A stretch of DNA of 64,000 nt from Octopus vulgaris (GCA_951406725.2 OX597839.1:22444001-22508000), one strand, 5' to 3'; shown: positions 39,530 to 52,730, numbered from the stretch's first letter. Numbers and translations: made by a program. The notes: generated from the letters alone by a model not told the origin.

Positions 39530-40208
39530 AACAGTCAAGTCTGTTGGTTCGAGGAGCACAACTATTCAACTCCATTCCGGTACATGTCAGAAATCTATTA
39601 GGATGCAGTGTGGAATCATTCAAATTGCAGCTGGATAGATACTTAAGCACCATTAGAGATGAACCCCATCTCCCAGGATATACACAATGAGCACAAACTG
39701 ACTCAAACTCGCTCCTACACATGTCAAAATTAAACAGAGAATACAACCTGGCAACCACACCAGACTCTGAGGGTGGAGTCTTCGACTTGGCCTGAGCATG
39801 GACTCTAACTCAAATGAAATGAAATAATAACTTTGAAAAATACCTTAGGAATGAGAACCCAGGTTCGAAGTTTCCCCCAAGACACCTGATGAAGGCTGGA
39901 GGGTATATCAGCCGAAATATTGTGTTAACAAGATGAGGACAAATACTCATCAACTCCATTCCGGTACATGTTAGAAATCTATCAGGATGCAGTGTGGAAT
40001 CATTCAAATTGCAGCTGGATAGATACTTAAGCACCATTAGAGATGAACCCCATCTCCCAGGATATACACAACGAGCACAAACTAACTCAAACTCGCTCCT
40101 AGAAATGTCAAAATTAAACAGAGAAATTAACCTGGCAACCACACCAGACTCTGAGGGTGGAGTCTTCGACTTGGCCTGAGCATGGACTTAAACTGAAATG
40201 AAATGAAA
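39530..40208 (+). mobile_element. Two tandem 3' ends of a CR1/L2-like LINE with (TGAAA)n tails
   Basis: SLLVRGAQLFNSIPVHVRNL..CSVESFKLQLDRYLSTIRDEPHLPGY..NSL is a typical LINE ORF2 C-terminus; 39566-39822 is repeated at 39950-40208. Confidence 0.8.
39881..39926 (+). ncRNA. Minimal type I hammerhead ribozyme-like motif
   Basis: gacac-CTGATGA-a-GGCTG-gagggtatat-CAGCC-GAAA-tatt-gtgtt: stems I and II pair, and stem III is a loopless palindrome. Confidence 0.65.
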
Positions 40209-41788
40209 TGGCACATATACATATACAGACATGCACACAAACACACACACACACACACATACACCACATTTGCAGACAAACATATCCCTCAGCGCACATA
40301 CACTCATCACAGATGGGTATGCATTTGGACAAATACATACCCATCTGCACACACATACACACACACAACGGTAAAGATACACACACACACACACATATAC
40401 ACAGTAAAACACAAACACACAAATTTCAATTTTGTTGATATTCTTGTTATTTCTTTGAGAGGTTAATTAAACAAAAAGAAAAAAAAATCTGGTGATTTAA
40501 ATGAGGTGAGATCCAAACATCTGGTGTGTTTTGGTGCAAATTTGGTGACGGAATACAAATATTATGTCACAACGCAAAACAAACGAAGGTATTTCATAAT
40601 AATTAGAATACCATGGTGAGAATGGAGGGGGAGGTGTTTACAAGATGGATCGGAAAACAGAGAGAAACAGACATTCCAACGATTTGGGGGACAGGATTTG
40701 ATGGAATGTTTCAGGAATTCATTTCACAGAAGAATTATTTCCAGGTACTATCATTGCATAAACCAAGGAGTGGTAGCTTAAGCAAGTATCTCCTACCACA
40801 GACTCACATTGTCTAATGCCATGAGAGTGCAATTTGCTGGGTGGAAACTGCATGGAAGTCTAAAGCACTAGTACCGGTGACACCCATTACATTCTTGGAG
40901 TGGTTGGTGTTAGGAAGCCATCTAACCCATGCCAGCATGGAAAGCGGACACGTGATGATGATGATGATAATGATGACAATTATGATGATGATGATAATGG
41001 TGAAATGCTTTATCCTTTAGTTGTTGCAGTCATTGGACTGTGGCCATGCTGGGGCAGCACCTTGAAGGATTTAGTCAACAAATTGGATGCAAATTGGACT
41101 ATTTTTCAAGACTAGTACCTATTTCATCAGGTTCTTTGGCTGAACCACTAAGTTACAGGGACACAAACAAACCAACACTGGTTGCCAAGCAGTGGTTGAA
41201 AACAAATACAGACAAAAAGACACCCAGATGTATATATATATATCATCATCATCATCATCATCATCATTTAGCGTCCGTTTTCCATGCTAGCATGGGTTGG
41301 ATTCAACTGGGGTCTGTGAAGCTGGAAGGCTTCATCAGGCCCAGTCAGATCTGGCAGTGTTTCTACGGCTGGATATATATATATATATATACATGGGATT
41401 CTTTCAGTTTCCACTTACTAAATCTACTCACAAGGTTTTGGTCAGCCCAAGGCTTTGGCGTAAGACACTTATCCAAGGTGCCATCGATTGGGACTGAACC
41501 CAGAACTGTGTGCTTGGGAAGAAAACTTCCTAACACACAGCCATGCCTGCACAATTCAGAAATTGAGATAAACTTGTCGGGAGGCAAGAATCCCTAAGTC
41601 TTGGTGTTTGAGCAAGGACTCTCCTCGGATAGAGAGTTCTGAGATATTCAAAGCCTTCAAAAGTTACGGTTCACATGTCTAAATGTTAGGAACATTAAAA
41701 TAGTTAACTAAAAATAAATATGCTGTGAGTTTAAAAAATAATGTCAATTCATGACTAATGTTTTTATTTTGCTAAGAAGTATGAAACA

Positions 41789-41826
41789 CCAGACATGTTT
41801 CAGTCTTATCGCAACCTCTTCAGCAA
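41789..41826 (-). ncRNA. Degenerate minimal hammerhead-like motif
   Basis: Minus strand CTGAAGA-ggtt..gact-GAAACATGTC, with palindromic stem III and GUC triplet; stem I is weak. Confidence 0.45.
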
Positions 41827-43614
41827 AGTATACTTTGCAGTGTATTTTCCAAATTAGGGATTAATAAATTAAGATGTGAATATTCAATGTTGTAATTATG
41901 CTGGAGTATGAAAATTAGAATAGTTTAGAAATTTAAATAATTCAGGAGACCCACAAAATAAATTAATATTAGAGAAATGTTAATATGCTTAATGAATTAA
42001 TATACTTAATTGACTTAATGAATTAATCATCTAAGACAGGAGCAAGACTAAAGGTGAAGATTTGCTCCAGATTAAAATAAGACAGAATGGTAAACATTCT
42101 CTGAAATGCAACAGAGAAAAACAATAAAATCTTTTCGTAGAATCTGGTTTCCTAATCCATTCTCCAAATAACAACGAATAAAACTTAAGCCATCACCAAT
42201 TCAATTAGTAGCCTGCAATCAATAATGAACACACTGTTAAAAGAATTGATTACATTAGTAAATTAACGACTTGGAGATACAATTACCATTAGTATTATTA
42301 TATATTTTTTTTTTGTACGTCTCTATTGTCTAGACAGGCTTTCTTCTGTTTATCTACTTTAACTTAACAACTGTCAGACAAATCTCTCTCATCTTTTTGG
42401 TCTTAATTTTTTTCCGTTTCTCAGAACGGGGGGGGGGCAGAACCATTTATTTAATCTCTTAACAACTACGAAACCATTATCTCTTGTTCTAACACCTCTG
42501 GGATTAATGGAAACAGCCTGAAGTAATGCATCTATTCACTTGACCACTGGTCACTATTGTCCCTTGCTTTTTTTTTTTACTCACTTCATTCAATGGACTG
42601 TGGCCATGCTGGGTCACCACCTCGAAGGGTTTAGCTCAACAAAAAATAAACAAATAAACCCTAGTCTTTATTCTTTTAGAATCTGGTCCCTATTCTGTTG
42701 GCTCTCTTTTGTCAAAAAGTTATGGGAATGTAAACAAACTCACACACACACATACATATACCCACAGAATTATACACACACACGTACAGATACATACATA
42801 TATATATACACACACACACACATATATACATACACATATACACACACACATACATACATATATACACATACACACACACATGTATATATAAACACACATA
42901 TATGCATGCCCCCCCCTCATACACACACACACAGAATTGTCATGATAAGACAGTTACAGACAATACAAGAATTGTGTCTGAAAGAAGAAATTGCTGCAAT
43001 GATTCCCATTCAGCAGAATTCTTTATTCCCCAGACATTCTTCTACTCGAAACTTTTCCTCACAATGTCCAAACTATAAATGACCACTGAACAAAATTAAA
43101 CTACATGTGTGTGTGTCTGTGATATACACACACACACACACGCAACAGGCTTCGGCATAATTCCTGCCAGCCAGTTCCACTTGCAAAACTTTGGGGCAGT
43201 TTCCAAAACTATAAAAAAAAGACAAGCCCGAGACGCCACGCAGTTTAACTGAACCTGTTCCACTTCGCCTTGAAGCAAACTTCTTATCCACACAGCCATG
43301 CCTTAAAAGAAAGAAATATTTACCATTTACCTGTTCTGTTGTATCAAATGAGATAATCCCTGCTTCTTATGATACTTCAGGTGTTTCGGTAAAATCTACA
43401 TTTTTAATGCAGTCAACACCTTAACTACTGCTTCAGATCATGTATGTTACCACGGATGCTGTGTCTTAGGAGAAAAGATAGAACCCAGCCTTGATGCAAA
43501 CCAGCTCCAAAAACTCGTTTCCTATCCATTGTTGCTTCCTGTCTTAATAACTTGCAACTCACCCGCTTATACCCTCAAACTGACCTAGGTCATCTCTCCT
43601 CTCGATAACCAGAT

Positions 43615-43668
<54 letters not shown>

Positions 43669-43677
43669 GCACGGATT

Positions 43678-43727
43678 TTTGTCAGTGAAGAGGTCGCGGA
43701 TTTTAGCGACGAAAATATTTTGACAAA
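43678..43727 (+). ncRNA. Hammerhead-like motif with G at core position 3
   Basis: tttgtca-GTGAAGA-g-GTCGC-ggatttta-GCGAC-GAAA-atattt-tgacaaa: 7-bp stem I, 5-bp stem II, palindromic stem III. Part of a ~140-bp repeat also at 60957-61085(-). Confidence 0.55.
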
Positions 43728-44584
43728 TTAAACTTAAATGTTGAAGTGAATCGAACGGCTTTTGTGCGTTTCTTAAATGGCTTATAAACACCTTCCACGC
43801 TGCAATTGTATATATATATATATATGTATATATATATGTATATCTGACAGACAGTCCAGCTTATTGGGTGGTGACCATATCACATACTACTACTACTACT
43901 ACTACTAATTCTACTACCACAATAACAACAACAATAACTGCCTCAGTTGTGTCTCTGTTCACACAGCTTCTTCGAATGACTTCATCTTCTACTTCACAAG
44001 TGAGACAACACTGAACACCAAACACACAAGTGCTTACATCCCCCTCTTTCATTAGAAGCGGGGGGGGGTGGGGGTTCTTTTTGCTTTTGCTTTTTTTTTT
44101 TTTTTTTTTTTTTAACACAAGACAACAGTGAGTTGACAGTTTGGCCATGAGACAGCCGACCCCACTACAGCAGTGCCACTGCTCTCAGTACAGACAATAA
44201 ATACAATTCCTTAAGTAGTCTTACATTTCATTTCGGTGGAGGGGTGGGGGTTGTTAGTTTTAATAATAAAGTGAGGATGCTTCAAGCCGAATTGTTGAAT
44301 TCTCACACTCTTGGTTCTTGACCTGGCCAAAAAAAAAAAAAAACCAAGCTGACAAGGTGGAGCTGGGGCAGAGAGGAGTTGGGGAGGGGGGAGCAGAGAA
44401 GGGGTCAGTGTGGGAAACCTTTTGCCATTGACATCGAAGGTTTTCAGGGTCCCTGGTCATTTGACTTTTTCTATTTCACATGATGGGCATGGTTGGAATA
44501 TCTGGATGTAGGTTGAAAGACACTTGAAAATAGAAACATTTACAATGCGAAAAAAGGTGACACTGGGATACAAATCTTTACAAG

Positions 44585-44643
<59 letters not shown>

Positions 44644-45532
44644 GTGCATACATACATGCACATACAAACATACACAACCACCAACATATATATATATACA
44701 CGCACATATGCAGATACATACATACAAGAACATACATACACACACATAGACAGACATATATACACACACACATACACACATGCATACATACATACACACA
44801 CATACATACCTTCACATAAAGCAGCTATATGTGCACACACACAATCATGCATGCACATACACACATGCATGTACACACACACACACACACACAAAAAAAA
44901 GGGTGCCAGATATTTCCAAAGAAGAATGTCATGTTCTCAAACAAAACCTAGAAACATTTCCTCCACCCCGCCGACCCCCCTGTCCACCCCCACCCCCAAT
45001 GAGTTAAATGGGTAATTTGGGGGAAATTATCACAACTAGAAGCAAACAAGAGGAAAGTAGGGAAGAGAGGAGGGCACAAAACAACACAAGTAAATTGGAA
45101 GGGCCAAAACAAGATAAAAAGAACCACAACATTTAAATAAAATCCCGTTCAGAACAGAGAAGAAATACTCTGGAAATTATTTGGGATATTTTTCTTTATC
45201 AACAAACGTTTACACCAGCGTTTCTCAACCATTTTCTAGCCTAAGGACCCCTCTTTGATTCTTAGTTTACTCAGATGGACCCTCATAGCCATTTGAAGTT
45301 TTGAAGAATCCTATTATATTTTTTATAATTACTGTATTGTAACGTGTATAAGGTACCCTTTTTTTGTCAAAAATTAGGTTAAAAAAAGTATGGGAGTTTC
45401 TCATACATGGATAGTTTTATAATCCCTTGCAAAACCTTTTTTTTTCCAAATTTTAAGCCCCAAAAGTTAGGGGGTTCCTTATTCACATTAAAATACGGTA
45501 AATATTATTAGGAACTGTATAAAAAAAATATT

Positions 45533-45958
45533 CTCTTTCTCTCCTTCTCTTTTACTTGTTTCAGTCATTTGACTGCGGCCATGCTGGAGCACCGCCTTTA
45601 GTCGAGCAAATTGACCCCGGGACTTATTCTTTGTAAGCCCAGTACTTATTCTATCGGTCTCTTTTGCCGAACCGCTAAGTGACGGGGACGTAAACACACC
45701 AGCATCGGTTGTCAAGCAATGCTAGGGGGACAAATACAGACACACAAACATACACACATACATATATATATATATACATACATATACATATATACGACAG
45801 GCTTCTTTCAGTTTCCGTCTACCAAATCCACTCACAAGGCATTGGTTGGCCCGGGGCTATAGCAGAAGACACTTGCCCAAGATGCCACGCAGTGGGACTG
45901 AACCCGGAATCATGTGGTTGGTTAGCAAGCTACTTACCACACAGCCACTCCTGCGCCT
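45533..45958 (-). mobile_element. Family A SINE, full length
   Basis: Reverse complement of the 16232-16653 consensus. Confidence 0.92.
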
Positions 45959-46310
45959 GTTTTACTTCTAAAGAAAATTCAGAGAAAACAAAGTAAATAT
46001 GTGTCCATAAGAATTCTGGGAAGGAGCAGAAGTGGGGAGTGCATAACACACCTGTTCCTGCCCCCTTTCTTGTTAACTTTCTCTCCCTATCTCTCTCTCT
46101 CTGGTAAACCATGTCCCTCCTCTACATCAAGACATCTGTTTCTGTCTCTATCACACTCTAATCCAGTGTTCCTCAACCTTTTTATCCTTGTGTAACCCTT
46201 AAAATAAATTACATGTCTGAAGGAACCCCTGCACAAAAAATATTATATACCATATCTTCCTCATGTTTTTTCATCGTAGTTCATATACATATAGATATGA
46301 TGGGATGTAG

Positions 46311-46754
46311 GGATCTTTTCGGTTTGAACGGGAGTTTTTAACATAATTTCTAGGTAACTAAAAAATGTTAAACTTCGTATACTGGTAGAATGTGTTTATA
46401 AAACATCTTTTTCTCTTGGCTTTATTGAGAAAATTCTATAGTTTGTAAGATATTTGTTGTTTTTTCTTCAATTTCTGCAATTTCAACCAATCAATAACGT
46501 CTATTGAGGTAAAAAAAACAAAACATTCTGTGCCGTATGAATATGTCCCTCGTTTAAGAAACAAATTGGGTTTATTTACATTTGTGAAGAAAAAAAGATA
46601 CCCTTCCCCCCACCCCTAACCCTAACTATAACCCTAACTAACCCTAACCTTAAAACAGATTGAAATGCAATAGATCGATTCTAGGGTCATAATTATGGGT
46701 GACAATTTCATATGACACCGCTAGAAAAAACTGTCATTCAAACCGAAAAGATCC
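46311..46754. mobile_element. Non-autonomous DNA transposon (Merlin-like GG ends) with internal (CCCTAA)n
   Basis: Perfect 18-bp TIR ggatcttttcggtttgaa / ttcaaaccgaaaagatcc; 8-bp TSD ggatgtag / ggatgcag. Confidence 0.75.
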
Positions 46755-46985
46755 GGATGCAGTCTATTTCTATTGAATTAATAAATAACAAGAGCACTCA
46801 GAGAGTGCAAACCTCCGCCAACGCAACATCAATATCCTGTCAACGATTAACCGGAGATGATTTTTAAAATGCGATTATCTGAAATAAGATCTTTCAATGA
46901 ACATCATGAGACCTCTTGGTTTTCTCTTCTCTTAAATTCCAGTCTTCCTCTAATAATCCTGTTGTTTTAGATCAATGTATAGAAT

Positions 46986-47051
<66 letters not shown>

Positions 47052-47121
47052 TATACTGTAAAGTGCTAAAATGTATGTATAATCTCCTAATATAACAATG
47101 AGTGTTGTCTTTTTGTGCATT

Positions 47122-47174
<53 letters not shown>

Positions 47175-47328
47175 GAGCCGGAGTGAGAGGTGAAGGCAGA
47201 GGAGATAAATGGCAAAGAGAGCATCTTGTGAATGAGAAAGGAAGGGGTGATAGATGAATAATGAAGGGGTGGAGAAGCCAATTAATGGTGTTTGAAGTGT
47301 GAGTATATGTGTGTGTGAAAGAGAGGTA

Positions 47329-47367
<39 letters not shown>

Positions 47368-47991
47368 AATGGAAATGGAATGGTAACGTTCAACACTGAA
47401 AATGTATATGTATGTGTATGTGTGTGTGTGTATGTGTGTGTGTGTATGTATGTATGTGTGTGTGTATGTGTGTGTGCATGTGTGTGCGTGTATGTGTGTG
47501 AGTGTACAAGAGAACAATGTGAAACTTTACTTGTGCATGTAAAGTAAAAAAAAAATATAAATAATAATGCAGAATCCTTGTCTGGTACCAGATTGACCCC
47601 AAAATCTAATCAGTTTGTGCCAGTCATGGGGCCAAACATCCCTGAAAGTTTCATCCAAATCCATCCAGCGGTTCTGGAGATTTCTTGTTTACAGATAAAC
47701 AAACACAACTGAAAACAATACTCCTGTCTTCGCTAAGGTGGTGGTGGTGGTGGGGGTAATAATTGATGGAAGTCAATTGTTGTTCATCAATATTTCTCCA
47801 TTTTCTGTTTTCTTGTGTTTATCTTTGTCTTTACCTATAAATTTATGAGCTTAATATGCTTGCGTATATATGCTCATGCTTAAGCATAGGTGATATACCG
47901 ATAATATAATGGATACTTCTATCCCTTAGATGGTTATTTTAACCTCTAACTCAGCTAACCTATATATACCTATATATATATATATATATAT

Positions 47992-48235
47992 ATAACATAA
48001 GGGACTAAAGCCATCTGAATATGGCTAGGGACAGGGCAGGGTGGTGGGGGTGTTACTGTTGCATTTAGCCCCAGGCGAACATCAACGTCGCCAGATAGGC
48101 TTGACACCAGGACGCCGTGATGGTGTCAAGCCTATCTGGCGACGTTGATGTTCGCCTGGGAAATGCAACAGTAACACCCCCACCACCCTGCCCTGTCCCT
48201 AGCCATATTCAGATGGCTTTAGTCCCTTATGTTAT
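47992..48235. repeat. Near-perfect hairpin, ~115-bp stem, 11-nt loop
   Basis: Arms 47992-48109 and 48121-48235 differ only by a 3-nt indel as far as I can read. Confidence 0.95.
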
Positions 48236-48418
48236 GGAGCAGTTACTGTCTATATCTCATTTAGAGAATTATTATTATATATATATATATATATGGTTGT
48301 TATATTCTTTTTGATAAGATAATAGGTTAGATAAGATGATGTCAATATTACAAAATCGACATGTTAATTATTGAATAAAAGAGAAAAAATTATTGAAAAT
48401 GAGGAGAGTGATAATTAC

Positions 48419-48512
48419 CTTGTCCTTATCATTTGTGAGAGCGGATGGTGAACTGACCGAGTCATGAGGAAAGTGCGGTTCACAGTATAATTGACCATCC
48501 ATGGTGTGTTTC
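48419..48512 (-). CDS. RAP1GAP: Rap1GAP-family gene, exon with LIM-like C-terminal motif (xKHTMDGQLYCEPHFPHDSVSSPSALTNDKDK)
   Basis: Acceptor ttgttgtttgtttcag and donor AAG|gtaatt; 94 nt, phase 2 to phase 0, open frame. Joins the GoLoco exon in frame as NDKDK-MFELLERMQ, parallel to human QNTDL-FEMIEKMQ (recalled). Confidence 0.7.
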
Positions 48513-49115
48513 CTGAAACAAACAACAAAAATAGGTTAAAACAAAGAAAGGGAAACAAAGGTATTTTTATACTTTTTTTTTTAAACTAGTTTTTGATGGG
48601 TAGGCAGTGCCCATGTTGAAGCACTGTCTTTGAGTGCTTCACCAGTATTTATTAACCGTCTAATTTACATTTCAACATAAGAGAGAGAGAGAGAGAGAGA
48701 GAGAGACAACATGACATGTTTAGACCAATATATACAGATACAGGCAAATACAGAGACACACATACACGAATATACACTCCTGGTGTGTCCAATTCCCTCT
48801 GCCCAAACACTAACCATTCCTTCCTCCCCAGAGCTTTATCCCTCTGGAATCTTTTTCTTGATGATGTCCTTCCTGCAGATGTTGACCAGCAATAGTTTAA
48901 ACAGCATCAATCTCTCACTGGTCTCAGAGAGACTGCAAAGGCTATGGGCACTACCCCTACCCCAACCAGTAAATATAAATATATAATGGTCAATGTAAAT
49001 ATATTTGTCTTTGTATCTATCTGTCTGTCCATCCATCCATCCAGCTGTCTGTCTACCTATTTATCTATCTTTTTATTTATGTATCTATCTATCTAATATA
49101 TACATACATATATAC

Positions 49116-49148
<33 letters not shown>

Positions 49149-49153
49149 CATAC

Positions 49154-49190
<37 letters not shown>

Positions 49191-49310
49191 GCATGTGCTT
49201 GTGTTTATCTTCTGAATATATTTACCTATATATATATCTCTGTTTGTATAGATTTATACACCCCCAAAACAATTGTGTTTATCTGCATTCCTATTTCCAT
49301 ATCAGCTCAC

Positions 49311-49336
49311 CTGGATTCCTTTTTACAGCCACTCAT
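49311..49336 (-). CDS. Candidate first coding exon end MSGCKKES(R)
   Basis: gcaATG with an in-frame stop upstream; strong donor CAG|gtgagc in phase 2, matching the 48512 acceptor. Confidence 0.4.
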
Positions 49337-50558
49337 TGCCCAATTAACCTAGTCGTGGATAAAGATTTCAGAGTTTCAAGTTCAAATTATTTGAGCACTG
49401 CTACATGTCTTCTATACTAAACATTTCCACCTCTCTTCCTTTGATTGTATGTATGTACATGTGTGTATATATGTATACACACACACACACACACACACAA
49501 ATATTAAATGAAATAGAGAAATACAATTGACAAACTGAAATTTTATTTACATTATAATATAAGATAACATAAATCTTTAAAAAAACACATATAAAGCCAA
49601 CAATTTGTTTCGACTTATATACAATAGTGAATTTATATAATTTCTCTATTGTATTTCCTTATTTCATTCAATATTTGTATATTATAATTATAGCCTTTTA
49701 CCTGTGGTATTCAACTGTTGTACCAAAGGAATTGTTTTTTCCTTCGTTTGATTTATAATTATATATTTTCTGCACCTGGATGGTCTGCCAGCCCCTTTCA
49801 GAGTGACTCCTTTTTGCCAGTTGAGTGGACTGGAGCAATGTGAAATGAAGTGTTTTGCTCAAGAACACAATGTGTTATACCCAGTCCAGGAATCGAAACC
49901 ACAATCTTACAATCATGAGTCCAACGACCCCTAACCACTACCAGCAATTACTATTGCTACTACTACTATCTTTGGGCGGGGGAGAGGATTCTGATAACCT
50001 AAATGTTTAAAATGATGTGATAAAGCCATGACACTGTGATAAGAATTTTAAAATCTTCAACCGGGTGGTCGTTATCTTAGCCTTGAGGTTTTGTCATTTT
50101 CGGTTCAATCTTTATACCATTCACAGTTCATGGGAAGCAATGTTCGGTTGCCGTGGCAATGTGACTGCATGCTTAAGAAGTTTGTTTTGTAAGTAGAAGG
50201 TCTTGGAGTTCAATCCCACTGTAAAGCTAATTGGCCATGGGTCAACCTGAAGTCTTACTGGCACCTGTGCTGTTGGCATGTGTAAAAAACTTCGAATGAG
50301 GTTATTGCCAGTACCGCCTGACTGGCCCAAAAAATTCAAGCGAGGTCATTGCCAGTACCGCCTGACTGACCCCTGTGCTGGTGACACGTAAAAGCACCCT
50401 CTACACTCTCGGAGTGGTTGGCGTTAGGAAGGGCATCCAGCTGTAGAAACTCAGCCAGATCAAGACTGGAGCTTGGTGCAGCCTATATAAATATATATAT
50501 GCATATATAAATATATATATATATGCATATATAAATATATATATATATGCATATATGC

Positions 50559-50613
<55 letters not shown>

Positions 50614-52028
50614 TATATAAATATATACGCATATATAAATACATACATATATGCATATAAATATATACATATATGCATATGAATATATATATATGCATAT
50701 ACATATAAATATATATGCATATAAATATATATATATGTATGTATGTATATATATGGATAGATAGATACATGTGGATATGTATGTATATGTTTTTATGTAT
50801 GTGAAAAATGTTCTCCATGTAGTTTTGCACAAGCAGATTCCACTCAAAGCATTCACCAAGTCAAGGTGGCGAATGGTAGAAGAAAGACGCTTGCTCGTGG
50901 TGCCACACAAAGAGACGGAACCTGTATCCACGTGGTCGCAGACCAAACCAAACTCCTTACCCACACAGCCAGGCCACAATTGCTGCAACTTGATAATTAG
51001 AAATCGTTGTGAATCGATTTGACCTTTCGACTGACACTGAAGCAAACGGAGAACCAGGAAAGTATAAGGTTATGCAAATATCCTGAGCAATATAACGAGT
51101 CATTACATCCTTTCTCTACAGGAAAGGAGATGAAAGCTTACGAAGAAGCCCCTACTTGGCTGCTCAACCAGCTAGAGATAGCAGCCAAATTTCCTTTGAA
51201 CCACACACTTATATATATAAATAGAAAAAGAAAGGAGGATGGACGAATACATTAGATGAATGTAATTCTGTTACACTGTGTATGAAACAATATGATGGGA
51301 TGGTCATGGATGGAATACCTTTACTCACAAGCCTGCTCAGTTAGGATTGACTTGTGGTTAAAGAAGACTAGTAGATAGAATGTGATTTAAGTAACATGTA
51401 CATATGTGAGTGTGTGTGTGTATATATATATATATTACATACACAAAGGCAAGTGGACTATATACATACATATATACACACACACACATATGCGCAAGTA
51501 GGAACACACACACACACACACACACATGTACAGTGAAAGCACACGGCTCAGTGATTAAGGTGTTGCACTCATGATTGTGAGATCGTGGGTTCGATTCCCA
51601 GACTGGGTATTACGTTGTCCTCTTGAGCAAAGCACTTCATTTCACATTGCTCTGCAATCATTTCATCATCTGACATGTGGCACCCTGTTGCACCTGTACA
51701 GGTAATATCAATTTGATGGAGGGAGTGAGCTTACGTGTACATACTGACATGTGATCACTATACACAAATCATCTGTGTGGTTGCTCGGCAAGAAATTGCC
51801 ATACCCTCATCCATCATCTAACAATGGGAGAGTCCATTATATATATACACAAACAGGTGAGTGGACAAATGAAAAAAAGAAGCACTCAACACATTTAGTG
51901 ACCTGCCTTGACCAATAGCAGCCCAGGTTTCCGAAAGCCGTCTTGGACTTCCTATATTTTTCTTTTTGGTCAACTTAGCTCAATGTCCTTGGTTTCTGTT
52001 AGACATGAGACCAAATCAAACTGCTTTA

Positions 52029-52066
<38 letters not shown>

Positions 52067-52345
52067 TAACAGGAGCAGGTGTGGCTGTGTGGTAAGAAAT
52101 TTGCTTCCTAACCACATAATTCCAGGTTCAGTTCCACTGTGTGGCATCTTAGTGCTGGTGTGTTTATGTACTGTAACTTAGCATTCTGGCAAACGAAACT
52201 GATAAAATAAGTACAAGGCTTAAAAAAATAAAACCTAAGTAATGGGGTTGATTCAAAGGACTAAATGTTTTACAAGGTTGTGCCCCAGCATGGCCACAAT
52301 CTAATGAATGCTAAAAGTTATATATATATATATAAATGATATATA

Positions 52346-52730
52346 GGCGCAGGAGTGGCTGTGTGGTAAGTAGCTTGCTTACCAACCACATGGTTCCGGG
52401 TTCAGTCTCACTGCATGGCACCTTGGGCAAGTGTCTTCTACTATAGCCTCGGGCCGACCAAAGCCTTGTGAGTGGATTTGGTAGATGGAAACTGAAAGAA
52501 GCCTGTCGGATATATGTATATATATATGCGTGTATCTGTGTTTGTCCCCCCCTAGCATTGCTTGACAACCGATGCTGGTGTGTTTACGTCCCCGTTACTT
52601 AGCGGTTCGGCAAAAGAGACCGATAGAATAAGTACTGGGCTTACAAAAGAATAAGTCCCGGGGTCGAGTTGCTCGACTAAAGGCGGTGCTCCAGCATGGC
52701 CGCAGTCAAATGACTGAAACAAGTAAAAGA

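Noticed and set aside
43331-43395. Possible exon ending CAG|gtaaat (minus strand)
   Set aside because: Stop codon in the frame needed to join the phase-0 GoLoco exon; poor acceptor.
50800-50990. Cys-containing minus-strand ORF as the missing LIM exon
   Set aside because: It is a decayed family A SINE head (tggctgtgtgggtaaggagtttg...).
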